Source: Octopus sinensis
Taxonomy: Eukaryota
NCBI RefSeq assembly: GCF_006345805.1
Contig: NC_042999.1
Span: 2,108,001-2,172,000, forward strand
Length of the DNA stretch: 64,000 nt
Direction: 5' to 3'
Below the pieces are notes generated by a model that saw only the letters and a list, made by a program, of their open reading frames with translations, made no database searches and was not told the DNA's origin. The position numbers were made by a program, and so were the translations under genes. This document shows positions 51,713-64,000 of the stretch, one piece after another. Positions within the stretch are counted from its first letter, which is position 1. Each line of letters starts with the position of its first letter.

Positions 51713-52017
51713 GGAGGCACAATGGCCCAGTGGTTAGGGAAGCGGACTCACAGTCAGAGGATCGCGGTTTTGATTCCCAGACCAGGCATTGTGTGTGTTT
51801 ATTGAGTGAAAACACCTAAAAGCTCCACGAGGCTCTGGCAGGGTGTGGTGGCAACCCCTGTTGTACTCTTCCACTACAACTTTCTCTCACTCTCTCTTAC
51901 CGTTTCTTGAGTAATGCTGCGATGGACTTGCGTCCTGTCCAGCTGGGAGGAACACATACACCACAGAAACCGGGATACCGGGCCCATGAGACTGGATAGG
52001 CTTGAAAAGGGCATGTA
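51713..52017 (+). mobile_element. SINE-D, full length
   Basis: Matches 47105-47415. Confidence 0.85.
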
Positions 52018-52980
52018 AAAAAAAAAAAATAAAATTTCAGACATTAATTCTTCTGAAACACTATTTTGATAAACACAGTTCTTAATACCTGCCACACCAT
52101 TTCTACTTCATTATCTTGACCCTTAAAAGGTGGAAAGCTGACAGAATCATTTGCATTCTGGACAATATGCTTAGCAGCGTTTCAGCCATCTTTAGATTAT
52201 TAATTTAAATGTTATCAAGGTCAACTTTACCGTCCATCCTTTTAGTTAAGCACCAGGGTTGATGTAATTGACTTACTCCCTCCCACAAAATTTCACCCCT
52301 TGTGCCTTCTCGAGCCATCTCTGGCTCATAAGTGCCGGTTTCTCTGATTTCCTTGATGTATAGGTTCCCCACCTGGATGGGACGCCAGTCTGTTGCAGGT
52401 GAGCTACAACAAGCAGGAAGAAAGAGTGAGAGAAAGTTGTGGCGAAAGAGTCAGCAGAAGTTCACCATCATCTTCTGCCGGAGCCGCATGGAGCTCAGGT
52501 GTTTCACTCATAAACACACACATCGTCCGGTCTGAAATTCGAACCTGCAATCCCTCGACCGCGAGTCCGCTGCTCTAACCACTAGGCCATGTGCCTCCAC
52601 ACCCCTTGTACCTATAGCAGAAAAGATTATTTCAACCCTAATAATCTGTAATCACCAAGAATATGCAATAACAAGAATTAAGAGAAGTCCTAAAGTCTTA
52701 ACATAACGATGTCAAGAATTTAAGACTTTCAGTGCTGGATCTAATTTGTATATGTGATTTAATTGCACTGCTAACACAGGTAGGGTACAGCATTGACTTA
52801 GAAGTCAGCATATTATGGTTGGATAACAAAATTCTGTGTCCCTGCAAGCAAGTAACCATGATCCATATGCACACACAGAATTATATTGGGAAATGAATTC
52901 TTTTTTATTTTCTGTTGCATGAGACTTTTTCAACTGATTCTATGTATTTTTTCAAGGCTGATTTCAAATCTTTTTTATTT

Positions 52981-53210
52981 TGGCGAGCTGGCAGAATCAT
53001 TAGCACGTCGGGCGAAATGCTTAGTGGTATTTTGGTTGCCATTACGTTCTGAGTTCAAATTCTGCTGAGGTCAACTTTGCCTTTCATCCTTTCGGGGTCG
53101 ATAAATAAAGTACCAGTTATGCACTGGGGTCGATGTAACCGACTTAAGCCCTTTGTCTGTCCTTGTTTGTCCACTCTGTGTTTATCCCCTGTGGGCAATA
53201 AAGAAATATA
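52981..53210 (+). mobile_element. SINE-B
   Basis: Full consensus match. Confidence 0.85.
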
Positions 53211-53394
53211 TTTTACATGCAATTTGAAACTTATGTTTTTCACATAGAAGAATACCCATTGCTATTTAGATCAATCCTAACCTTGGACTATTTTGGATAT
53301 TGTGTGGCACCTTGAGCAAGTGTCTTTTACTATATCATCGGGCTAACCCTAGTGAGTGGATTTGAGAGACAGATACTGAAAGGAACTTATCGTA

Positions 53395-53428
<34 letters not shown>

Positions 53429-53770
53429 CCCCACAACACTCAACAACTAATGTTGGTTTGTTTACATCCTCGGTAACTTAGCAGTTTGGGATAAGAGACC
53501 GATGGGATAAATACCAGGCTTTTTAAAAAAATAAGTACCAGGGGTCAATTCATTCAACTAAAAATTCTTCAAGGTGGTGCCCCAGCATGGCCTCAGTCTA
53601 ATGACTAGAACAAGAAAAAGACGAAAGACCAACTTCCTGGACCCTTATATCAATTTCAAATCCTAGAGATTTCTCTGATTTACACCGATAGTTACCAGTC
53701 TTCCGGGAGACACACCAACATCATTACCACAGACCTTATTCTATTAAAATGTTAAAATTTATTTCTTTAA

Positions 53771-53922
53771 TATTTACATTATTTACATTATTTACATTAT
53801 TTATATTTGTCCTCATCTTTTATTGTTAACACAACGTTTTGGTTGATATACCCTCCAGCCTTCATCAGGTGTCTTGGGAAAATTTCAAACCTGGGTTCTC
53901 ATACCTAAGGTATTTTTCGATG

Positions 53923-53961
<39 letters not shown>

Positions 53962-54032
53962 TCTCAGCCTGGAATTGAACTCGGAATTTTGGGGTTAGTA
54001 GCCAGCACTCTTATCCATTACACCATATGCCC
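53771..54032 (-). mobile_element. tRNA-headed SINE with hammerhead-like 3' domain, copy 1
   Basis: A box TGGTGTAATGG, B box GTTCAATTCC, (AAT)n linker, HHR-like motif at 53828-53873, (TGTAAATAA)n tail. Confidence 0.75.
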
Positions 54033-54095
54033 ATGGGAAGGATAGGAAAATATTAGATTTATAAGCCCTAAAAATTCACTCCATAATTCCCCACA

Positions 54096-54325
54096 GACAT
54101 ATGGCATAGTTGTTAAGAGCACGGGCTACTAACCCCAAGATTCCAAGTTCGATTCCAGGCAGTGACCTGAATAATAATAATAACGACATCAAAAAATACC
54201 TTAGGAATGAGAACCCAGGTTCAAAATTTCCCCAAGACACCTGATAAAGGCTGTAGGGTATATCAGCCAAAATGTTGCATTAACAACAAACAAGATGAAG
54301 AGAAATATTCGTCAAATGTAAATAA
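54096..54325 (+). mobile_element. tRNA-headed SINE with hammerhead-like 3' domain, copy 2
   Basis: A box TGGCATAGTTG, B box GTTCGATTCC, HHR-like motif at 54236-54281; inverted relative to copy 1. Confidence 0.75.
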
Positions 54326-54781
54326 TTCCTCATCTCTTAAATATAGTATTGTATTATTTCTTCAAGTTCCAAAGACTTTTACCATTACTGATATTTTTTT
54401 GTATAGTCATTATTCTACCAGCTTTTGATAAAAACAGAAAAAAAAAGAGACAAATCTGTCTTTCGATTTACATCATTAATATTCAGTGATTCGTTGATTC
54501 TTGCTGTAACAGCAGCACATCAGAGCAAAGCCGCTGTCATATTTGAGTCATAAAGTTGAAGTTCGTTGTTATTAGCCGACAATGCCATTGTCATGGTGTG
54601 TACCGTATGTATCCAGAGCAAAGCCACACTCACACATAATCCTTTTGCATTCAGAAGCTTTTATTTAGCTGAATAGCCATCAAGCCGCTAGCCACCTTAA
54701 AATGGTCTTAATCAGCATGTAAAAATGCATGCAACACAACGAACACGACATTAGCATAATAATGATGAGGATGACGACAAC

Positions 54782-54824
<43 letters not shown>

Positions 54825-55895
54825 GTCATGATGATAATGATGATGATGATCATGATCATGATCATGATCATGGCAATGGTGATGATGATGATGATGGTGA
54901 TAGTCATGATGATGATGATGATGATGATGGTGATGGTGATGATGATGATGATGATAATTTCTTACATGCGATATCAGCATAATAATGACATCATTCACTG
55001 ATGGAAAATATCGGCTAACTCTATTTATTTTGTTTGTTTTGCTGAAATTAAATTTTTTTCCAAGAGAGCATGTGACATTCGCTTCTTCTGTTACTAGGCA
55101 TGCCAGCTCTGTCTGTTGTCCCCACTCCCCCCCACTCACTCATTCATATACACACACAAACATTTTAGTACTCAGAGTATTTTAAAACTAACAATAATTG
55201 CAATTTAACTTACATGCTATAGAGTTCTTTCTGTAATTATTCCCACAAGTGTAAAAGAGAAATTAAGGCAATTTCCTTCTTGAATGCTTAACATAGGTGT
55301 AACAGTTCAACGGCAGAGTGGATGGATTTGCTCAAAGAATTTCGGTGGAATAATGCCTTGAACAAATTTTAATAGCCATTAAGAATAGCTTCATTTATAT
55401 CAAATTGCAACAGTATTCCTCACAGGGAAAAGCATAGCATTACAATTTCCTAATTATCTTCTATAAAGCTGCCAGCAAAGTTAGAGATACCACCTGCACT
55501 AAAGACATGTCCAACAGATTTCTTTAAAACTGGAATATATTATTGTCAAAGTACAAACAGCACTAAGGAAAATTCTACCAAAGTTCTTCGCAACTGTAGT
55601 TCCTTGTTTGAGAAGGCCAAGGAGTCACCTAAATTAATCAATTGGAAACTGTCTTCATTTGAACAGATACTTTGAACCTGTAATTATGAATGGCAAAGTT
55701 GATGTGAGTAAGTCTAGAATTATTCTGAACATTACCACTTTTCTTGAAATGATTACTGTCTTCTGCTAGCAATGAGACATGTTATATACTTGTTCAGATG
55801 CACATGCACATTATATATATATATATATAAATTTATATATGAGGATAATATCGATATTTAAGTATCGATATATATATATATATATAAATATATAT

Positions 55896-56310
55896 AGGCG
55901 CAGGAGTGGGTGTGTGGTAAGTAGCTTGCTAACCAACCACATGGTTCCGGGTTCAGTCCCACTGCGTGGCATCTTGGGCAAGTGTCTTCTGCTATAGCCC
56001 CGGGCCGACCAATGCCTCGTGACTGGATTTGGTAGACGGAAACTGAAAGAAGCCTGTCGTATATATATGTATATATATATATAAGTGTGTGTGTATATGT
56101 TTGTGTGTCTGGGTTTGTCCCCCTAGCATTGCTTGACAACCGATGCTGGTGTGTTTACGTCCCCGTCACTTAGTGGTTTGGCAAAATAGACCGATAGAAT
56201 AAGTACTGGGCTTACAAAGAATAAGTCCCGGGGTCCATTTGCTTGACTAAAGGCGGTGCTCCAGCATGGCCGCAGTCAAATGACTGAAACAAGTAAAAGA
56301 GTAAAGAGAG
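55896..56310 (+). mobile_element. SINE-A, full length, low divergence
   Basis: Retains many CpGs; head to ..aagtaaaagagtaaagag. Confidence 0.9.
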
Positions 56311-56787
56311 TATATATATATATATATAAAGGGATAGAAGTATCCATTACCCTACTGGTATATTACCTATGTTTAACTATGGACAGACATATAGCAAATA
56401 TATTATGCTCATAAATTATAGGTAAAGACAAGGATAAGCATGGGTCAAAATTTAAAGCAAACAGAAAATGGAGAAATATTGATGAATGACAATTGAATTA
56501 CATCAATTATTATCATTTATTGATTCAATACAAATAGACTGCATCACATCTAACAGCTGTTTCTGCTTCCGATGTTATATGGTATTGCAATTGATATGCA
56601 AAAATATTTATCATATTTGGTAATAAAATCGATCTGAGACATGGAGCTTCATCAGAGGTTCGATCTACGAAGAACGTGTTTTATTCTGCAGTTTCACAGT
56701 TCGATTCCAATGTCTGTCAAGAGAGGATCTCATTCATGTTGACACTATTATTTTCTATCAACACAGTATCAGTTCTAATGGAATCCA

Positions 56788-57354
56788 TTGGGTCGTCCAG
56801 AAAGTTTGTGCCGATTTTTAAAGGAAAGAAAAAGGTCAATAAAAACTTGCCATTACATTTTTAATCAACCAAATATGAACCATTTTGTTGCACACTGCAT
56901 CTCCATCTTTCCTTTATCTTGAAAATACCCTCTTTCCCAGAATTGAGGTGGTTTCATGGCAAAGAATTCATCAAGGTATCTTTTTACGTCATCCAAGGAA
57001 TTGAAATTTTTATCATTAAAACTATTCTGCAGAGACCTGAATAAGTGGAAATCCAAAGGAGCAATATCTGGTGAATATGGAGGGTGAGGTAACACATCCC
57101 AGCCGAGCTGCAGTAATTTTTGTCTGATTCCCAAAGCATCAAGTGCAGAAAATGAACTTTCTTATCTTCCATTTTAAAGGATTACAGAATTAACACAGGT
57201 TATAGGAACACAAACCTTCTTCCACGAAAAGATAGCTTAAACTGTGCTCTAAATAGAGGTGTAGTCAAATCCTATTTTACGGACTCAACCGTGTTCTAAA
57301 ATAAGTCGAAAGGTAAGCTACTATAAATCAGCATGAACTTCCCGGACAACCCAA
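56788..57354 (-). mobile_element. Internally deleted mariner with both TIRs
   Basis: TIRs TTGGGTCGTCCAGAAAGTTTGTGCCGATTT (56788) and TTGGGTTGTCCGGGAAGTTCATGCTGATTT (57354). Retains LGWDVLPHPPYSPDIAPLDFHLFRSLQN. Confidence 0.9.
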
Positions 57355-58226
57355 TATTATGGTAAAAAATGACTTAGAATTGAATTGACTATGTCTAATA
57401 TAATGAAACAATGGCAGCAAGTCTATATCACACATCATTCTGTTGACTTGGAACCTGGCACAATGGATTCGATTTGTTTGGTCAACGACCAAATAATTTC
57501 ATTTTTGGTCAATGTGGAACTGGTAACAACTGAAAGAAATGTTATTTACACAGAATTTATCGAATTGGTTGCTACTTGCATAGATGGAGAAGCTAAAAAG
57601 GAGTAAATGTTTTCATGGTTTTTATATGTGCATTTTTATCTTCGAGAGTATTGGGACCTGTACCGAAAATTTAATGCTAAACAACATCAGTGACGAACAT
57701 CTTCATAGAATGGTGAAGGGGTTCTCTGTTGTTGCTTCACGCAAAGTAAGTCATCTCTTTATATTTTTCTTCCCTGCAATGATGCTGCAGGTCTTTGGCT
57801 GTTTTTTGGAAAAGACCACAGATATAAATGTAACGATTCAAATCTGAAAACTGAACATAGATTTGGTATGTAGTGACTTCTTCTGACGACTAACGAGATT
57901 GTACAATAAATATATTATCTTGATTAAACCTAAATATATATGGAAGAGGAAGGAGGAGGAAAAGAAGGAGGAGGAAGAAGGGAAAGCTGTAAAAATATAT
58001 ATATATATGTTTTTGCATTTATATGCTTACTTGTGTGTGTGTGTTTATATAAATATAGGGAGAGTTCATGAAAAAATCAAAAGATGAAGACAGGTGGTGT
58101 AGAAAACAAACAGATGTATTAGTATAACACTCGGGAATTGAAAAAGTCTTTATATATATATGCGTGTATTTGTGTGTGTATGTGTGTGTATGTGTGTGTA
58201 TATATATATATATATGTATATATATG

Positions 58227-58264
<38 letters not shown>

Positions 58265-58276
58265 TATAGATATATA

Positions 58277-58328
<52 letters not shown>

Positions 58329-58717
58329 TATATATGCTACAGGCATACCAGGGAGTGGAATGAGATACTGCAGTTATATATCTACATCTATCTATATACA
58401 TGAATGTGTGTGTTCATGTGTGTGTGTGTATATACTGCAGTATCATATTCCACTCCCTGACATGTCTGTGGTGTTTTTCACCTTAGTAAGAAATCAATAG
58501 ATTTAACTTTATTCTGAGGTGAGTAAACAGTCTCAGGACATTGACTTGCATTGTATTCCATCTCCAACAGTCTGCTTCAATTGTTTCTTTTACTCTCTCA
58601 AAATCATGCTTGGTTCAACGATACGTTTTCTTCAAACCTTTAAAGTCAGTAAATTGAGTGGAAGTAACATGCACATTCGTTCCTCTAATCATTCATTTGT
58701 TTTCTAAGCCATTTGAC

Positions 58718-58850
58718 TTAGAGCTTCTCAAAGTGGTGGCCCATGGACTGGTGCTGGTCTGTGAGCCGTCAGCTGCCAGTATGCAGTGCGGTTACAGAAA
58801 AGAAAGAAACATTATAAAATGCTCATGAAATGCTTATGTAATATTATATT
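58718..58850 (+). mobile_element. Possible hAT-MITE terminal fragment
   Basis: tagagcttctcaaagtgg..ccatggactggtgctggtc resembles Charlie/MER5-type ends; no partner end found. Confidence 0.35.
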
Positions 58851-59134
58851 ATTTGTTTACCAAATAAATATAACATTAAGAGCACCATCCAAGCATGATC
58901 ATTGCCAGAGTGGCTATCTGGTCTCCGTGCCAGTGGCATGTAAAAGACACCATTCGATTGTTACCAACATCGCCTTAGATGACGGTGATGATGTTGATGA
59001 TGACGATGTAGGTGATTATGATGATAGTGATGATGATGGTGATGATGATGGTGGTGGTGATGGTGGTGGTGATGGTGATGACAACGACGATGACGACGAC
59101 GATGATGATGATGATGATGATACCCATTTTACCT

Positions 59135-59473
59135 AAGAATAGTTAAGAAGAGAGATGAAAAAAAAACAGATGTATGCAATTCTGTATTTATACGAGACAG
59201 CTTGACTGTAGAAGATGAAGAAGCTGAAGGTTGTGTTAGTTTTTTGTTGGAGCCATGGCAACAGTATCAGAAGGCATCAAGAGGAATATAAAGGAAATAG
59301 AAATAGAATGCCCAGAAGAACTGCTACAAAAAGTCTGCCTCTTTGGAATGGCCAGAATTATCAGGAAGGTATTAGAACAGATAGGAGGGTACTATAGGCT
59401 GTAGGATGCATGCTCACTACTTATGCAAGACTCCAGGAGTTCCAACAAAACCTGAATTTAAAAGAATAATAGC

Positions 59474-59513
<40 letters not shown>

Positions 59514-59532
59514 GTACTAATAATAATAATAA
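59135..59532 (+). mobile_element. R4/Dong-type (restriction-like endonuclease) LINE 3' end with (AAT)n tail
   Basis: Frameshifted L*KMKKLKVVLV-VGAMATVSEGIKRNIKEIEIECPEELLQKVCLFGMARIIRKVL matches the V.P.VVGALG..LQK..LLGTARI.RKVL C-terminal pattern; stop at 59402-59404. Confidence 0.75.
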
Positions 59533-59552
59533 GAATATTTTTTAAAGCTATA

Positions 59553-60629
59553 ATGAAAGTGACAAAGGAGCATATTCAGGATATTTTGCTTTATGAGTTC
59601 AATAAAGACCACAATGCAATGGGAAGTGTGAGGAATATTAATGCAGTATATGGAGATTGGGCAATAAGCATAAGCCAGAGTGAATGTAGTTCCAGAAATT
59701 CCGAGGTGACTACTACAGCCTAGGAGATGAGCCTCGTCTTGGAAGATCTGTAGAACATGACGAGGATGTCCTGCAAGCCCTGGTGGAACAAAATCCCATT
59801 GTAACTGTTCAGGAACTAGCAGAAAAGCTTGGATTGGTCATTCAACCATTCATTGACATCTGTGTGCCATCAGAAAAGTTAGTAAAGTGGGTCAAGAGGT
59901 TCCCCACAAACATTCTGAGTCTAATCGCATGCAAAGGGTGAATGTGAGCTCTCCTTTGCTGTCACATCTCATGAATGAACCTGTTTGGGACCAAATATTG
60001 ACTGGTGACAAGAAATGGGCTCTCTATAAAAACGTCAAGTGCCAAAGACAATGAGTTGAGAGAGAAGAAACACTGGCACCCCAAGCTAAAGAAGGTCTTC
60101 ACCCATGTAAGGTATTGTTATCTGTTTGGTGGAATATGAAAGGTTTAGTCCACTTTGAGCTTTTAAACCCAAACCATACGATAACAAAGGAGATCTACAG
60201 CAAACAGCTTGTGTGGCTTAAGTCAGTGCTAGAAGAAAAACGATCATCTTTGGTTTCGAGAAGAAAGGTGTTCTTCCATCAGGATAATGCTTGGCTACAT
60301 ACAGGGAGGATGACATTCCAAAGGCTGGAGCAGTTTGAATGGGAAATGATGCCCCACCCACCATATTCACCAGACATTTATTTAACAGTCTTCAAAATCA
60401 TTTGGATGGAAAGAATCTGAATTCTGTAGGTCAGAACAGTACTGAAGGAGTATTTTTCACTACAGGCAAGTGAATTTTGGAAGAGGAGCCTTGTAAATCT
60501 ACCAGATAGATGGAAGAGCATTGTAGAAAATGAGGGAGAGTATATTTTAGATTTAAAAAAATTTGTTTATCTTAATTTTGAAAAATAAAAGAAGTACAAA
60601 AAAGACGTATTATTTATGGGCTGACCCAA
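59553..60629 (+). mobile_element. Near-complete mariner transposase pseudogene, right TIR only
   Basis: MKVTKEHIQDILLYEFNK (HTH), ILTGDKKW, LSVWWNMKGLVHFELL, FHQDNAWLH, PHPPYSPDI (segment with the third D deleted), LPDRWKSIVENEGEY. TIR ..tttatgggctgacccaa|TA. Confidence 0.9.
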
Positions 60630-60642
60630 TATATATATATAA

Positions 60643-60737
60643 CTGTAAATGTAATATGTGACTATTATTCAGGAGCCATGATAAAACTCTGAGTTTTATC
60701 ATGGCTACTGAATAATAGTCACATATTACATTTACAG
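60643..60737. repeat. Palindrome, 47-bp arms, 1 mismatch, 1-nt centre
   Basis: ctgtaaatgtaatatgtgactattattcaggagccatgataaaactc-t-gagttttatcatggctactgaataatagtcacatattacatttacag. Confidence 0.9.
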
Positions 60738-60794
60738 ATAAATTCCTCTATTTACATAATATCGAGGTCTCTTTCATTCTTTTGTTGTCTTACC

Positions 60795-60834
<40 letters not shown>

Positions 60835-61289
60835 CGTTTTGGGATTTGGTTTGCAAGATTCTTTATGTGAGTTCGTATATTGAAGCATATTCTGTTAGTC
60901 TGTGGAGAGTCATTTTCTTTTTGTACCTTATAATTTAACATAAGGGCCCAAACCGCTGGATATAATATATATTTTCATAGAAGAAAACAGGTCTGGTGTA
61001 GGCTAAACATCAGAGATGTGGCTAAATATAACAGCAGTAACACGTTATTATATAGAGAAGATACATCACTCATTTGTCTCAGGCCGTTACATATAGAGAC
61101 CCTTTAGGTTTCAAAATGAACAAGATGTATAATGATTTAAATCATTATATTTTACATCTGTACACGATATAAATTCCTTAATGTCTATGTATATGAATGA
61201 GTGTGTAGTTCTTTTGTGGTGAGCGTGTAGATAGAAGTTTGTTAAATTATTAAGACACCAACAAGAAAATGACTCTCCCCGGCACAACA

Positions 61290-61337
<48 letters not shown>

Positions 61338-61712
61338 TATTTTAATTAATATATTGTATATTGATCATTCATTTTTATACTTTTTGAGATCTAGTTATAA
61401 GTTATATGTTTTATAAAAATATATATTATTTGTTATTTATGTATTGGTTTAGGTCTATCAATGTTTGAGTTGCATAATAGTGGTTTTGTCTCTAATTTAT
61501 ATTTTATACGTATGTGTGTGTATGTGTGTATTATGTATGTGTGTGTGTGTCATCATCCTCATCATCATCATTTAACGTCCGATTTCCATGCTAGCATGGG
61601 TTGGTGTATATATATATATATGTGTATACATATATTTTATGTATATATATATATATATAATGTATATATATGTGTGTATAAAAATATGTTTGTGTATTAT
61701 ATATATATGTAC

Positions 61713-61755
<43 letters not shown>

Positions 61756-62179
61756 TTATATAGCATACACAGATGCTGTCCCACACATGCCAGCATGGAA
61801 GGTGATGATGATAATGATGAGATACACATACAAACACACATGTACTATCTTCTTACATGCATTAGCGTGTGTGTGTGTGTGTGTGTGTGTGTGCATACAC
61901 ATACATTATGCATGTACATATGCATATCATACAGGTTACTGGGGAATGATATAATATAAATATGTAATTTTTATTTAGCTTGACAGTGTCTCTATATCCA
62001 ATTATACACACATATACATGCAAATATGCATATATCTTTCCATGTATATATGAATATATTCAAGTAATTATGTATATATATATACATACATACATACATA
62101 TGAATATATTTAAGTAATTATGCATATATATATATACATACATACATATGCATACATAATAATAATAATAATAATAATA

Positions 62180-62221
<42 letters not shown>

Positions 62222-62799
62222 TACTCAGACAGTCACAAACACACATATGTATAATCATGTATGTATATTGATGAGAGTCAACACTTTCAGAGGAAACACT
62301 GAAAAATGTATACAATACTCGGGAGGTTTTGAATACTTCAAAATCTAACTCTACATAAACCTGCATAATTGTTGTATATATTACAACTTTTCCTGTTATG
62401 TAAACTGTCAACAGGATATTATTTATATCACATGATTTCTAACAGTAAAATTGAAAATAAAGTTTATATTTGTATATTTTCACTATTCATATTCGAAAAA
62501 TTTTTAATTGCAAAGTTTTATCAAATCCTGCTTCTGTACTCAGTAGAGATACAGCATCCCATATATTATTCTAGCAAGTCAAAAGTGATTTCTTTTGTAC
62601 TGTAGACTATTTACCATTCCTGTGGTGCCCCACTTCCCTTGATACCCTAAGCACATCCTTACTTTGCATAATGGTTAAGCTAGCACTGGGTACACTGCAT
62701 GTTACCATATTTTGTGTACTTGGAATGCTACTTTTATTTATCTTATCACTCCTGGTTCGATATGTTGAGCATAAAAGTGCTTGAACTGAAGTCTGAAGG

Positions 62800-63255
62800 C
62801 AGAGGAGTGGCTGTGTGGCTCGTAGCTTGCTTACCAAACACATGGTACCTTGGGCAAGTGTCTTCTGCTATAGCTTTGGGCTGACCAAAGCCTTGTGAGT
62901 GGATTTAGTAGATTGAAACTGAAAGAGGCCTGTTGTATATATTATAGGTACAAGAGTGGCTGTGTAATAAGTAGCTTGCTTACCAACCACATGGTTCTGG
63001 GTTCAGTCCTACTGTGTGGCACCTTGAGCAAGTGCCTTCTACTATAGCTTTAGGCTGACCAAAGCCTTGTGAGTGGATTTGGTAGATGGAAACTGAAAGA
63101 AGCCTGTTGTATATATTATAGGTGGAAGAGTGGCTGTGTGATAAGTAGCTTGCTTACCAACCACATGGTTCTGGTTTCAGTCCTACTGTGTGGAAGCTTG
63201 GGCAAGTGCCTTCCACTAGAGCTTCGGACCAACCAAAGCCTTGTGAATGGATTTC
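62800..63255 (+). mobile_element. Tandem trimer of SINE-A 5' halves (~170-bp period)
   Basis: Shared private junction gcctgttgtatatattatagg between units. Confidence 0.85.
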
Positions 63256-64000
63256 ATTAAGAAAGAGAGAGAGAGAGAGAAGCTCAGTTGTACCAATTCT
63301 AGCATAAAACGGGGCCAGTCATTAAGAGGGTGTCTTGGTAGAATGTTTTGCACATTTGACAAAATGCTTAGTGGCATTACTTCCAGATCTGCGTTAGGAG
63401 TTTAAATGCTATCAAGGTAAACTCTACTTTTTATAGTTTCAGGGTTGATAAAATCTTTAATTCTTCCAGGATCAATAAAATGAATGCCTTTTGAGCACTG
63501 GAATCGGTGAAATCAACCAGCCTCTCCCCTGAACTTGCTGGTCTTGTGGCAAAATTTGAAACCAATGTTTTTCCACCGTGGTCACCAGCACCACTACATC
63601 CAGCCCAATAGGAATATTAATTTACCAATACTGAATTCTCCATATCTGTTTATAAGCTCATTTATAACTCTCTTTAAATCTAGGAAAAAATAATAATTAC
63701 ACGAAATCAAAATCAAAATTTCCCTTTTCTTATCATTGGTAAAAAGCAGAGAACAATTGATGAAAGCAATAATGAAGAAATATTCCTATGAAACAACAAA
63801 AGATCTTTGACTAATAATCACTATTACAGTTTGTAAATTAATAACCTTTGCTACATGAGATGTACACAAGCAACCAATATCTGAATGTAGTTAATTTCAC
63901 CAACATTTCTAAACACAAGCCATAATAATAACGATGAATGCTTTCTCACTTCTCTTTGAGTTTTGTTGCAAACAAATTGGAAAAAAAAAAATTCTTTTAT

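Noticed and set aside
56598-56650. IFGNKIDLR, resembling a small-GTPase NKxD motif
   Set aside because: In-frame stop a few codons upstream, no acceptor in between, and no other G motifs.

Overview
AT-rich, microsatellite-saturated eukaryotic DNA, almost certainly intronic or intergenic. The SINE families and (TA)n/(TATG)n/(GATA)n/(CAT)n/(AAT)n tracts look like those of Octopus genomes; this is recognition from memory, not a search. I could not confidently identify any host protein-coding gene, and nearly all ORF-track entries are translated microsatellites or SINEs. The window holds dozens of copies of about six SINE families (labelled A-F here for convenience), four mariner relics, one Tc1 relic with DD36E spacing, 3' ends of RTE, CR1 and R4/Dong-type LINEs, MITE/foldback elements, three minisatellites and a 1.66-kb tandem duplication. 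The most interesting signal is hammerhead-ribozyme (HHR) sequence. One type I HHR at 40065-40125 (+) has a fully canonical core. Five decayed HHR-like motifs lie at 13.5 kb (two), 23.8 kb, 53.8 kb and 54.2 kb; the last two form the 3' tail of a tRNA-headed SINE. Two DNA palindromes (20.3 and 60.7 kb) are centred on HHR-type sequence. Together these suggest Penelope-like or retrozyme-like non-autonomous elements. All structures were folded by eye, and coordinates of dispersed repeats are approximate.
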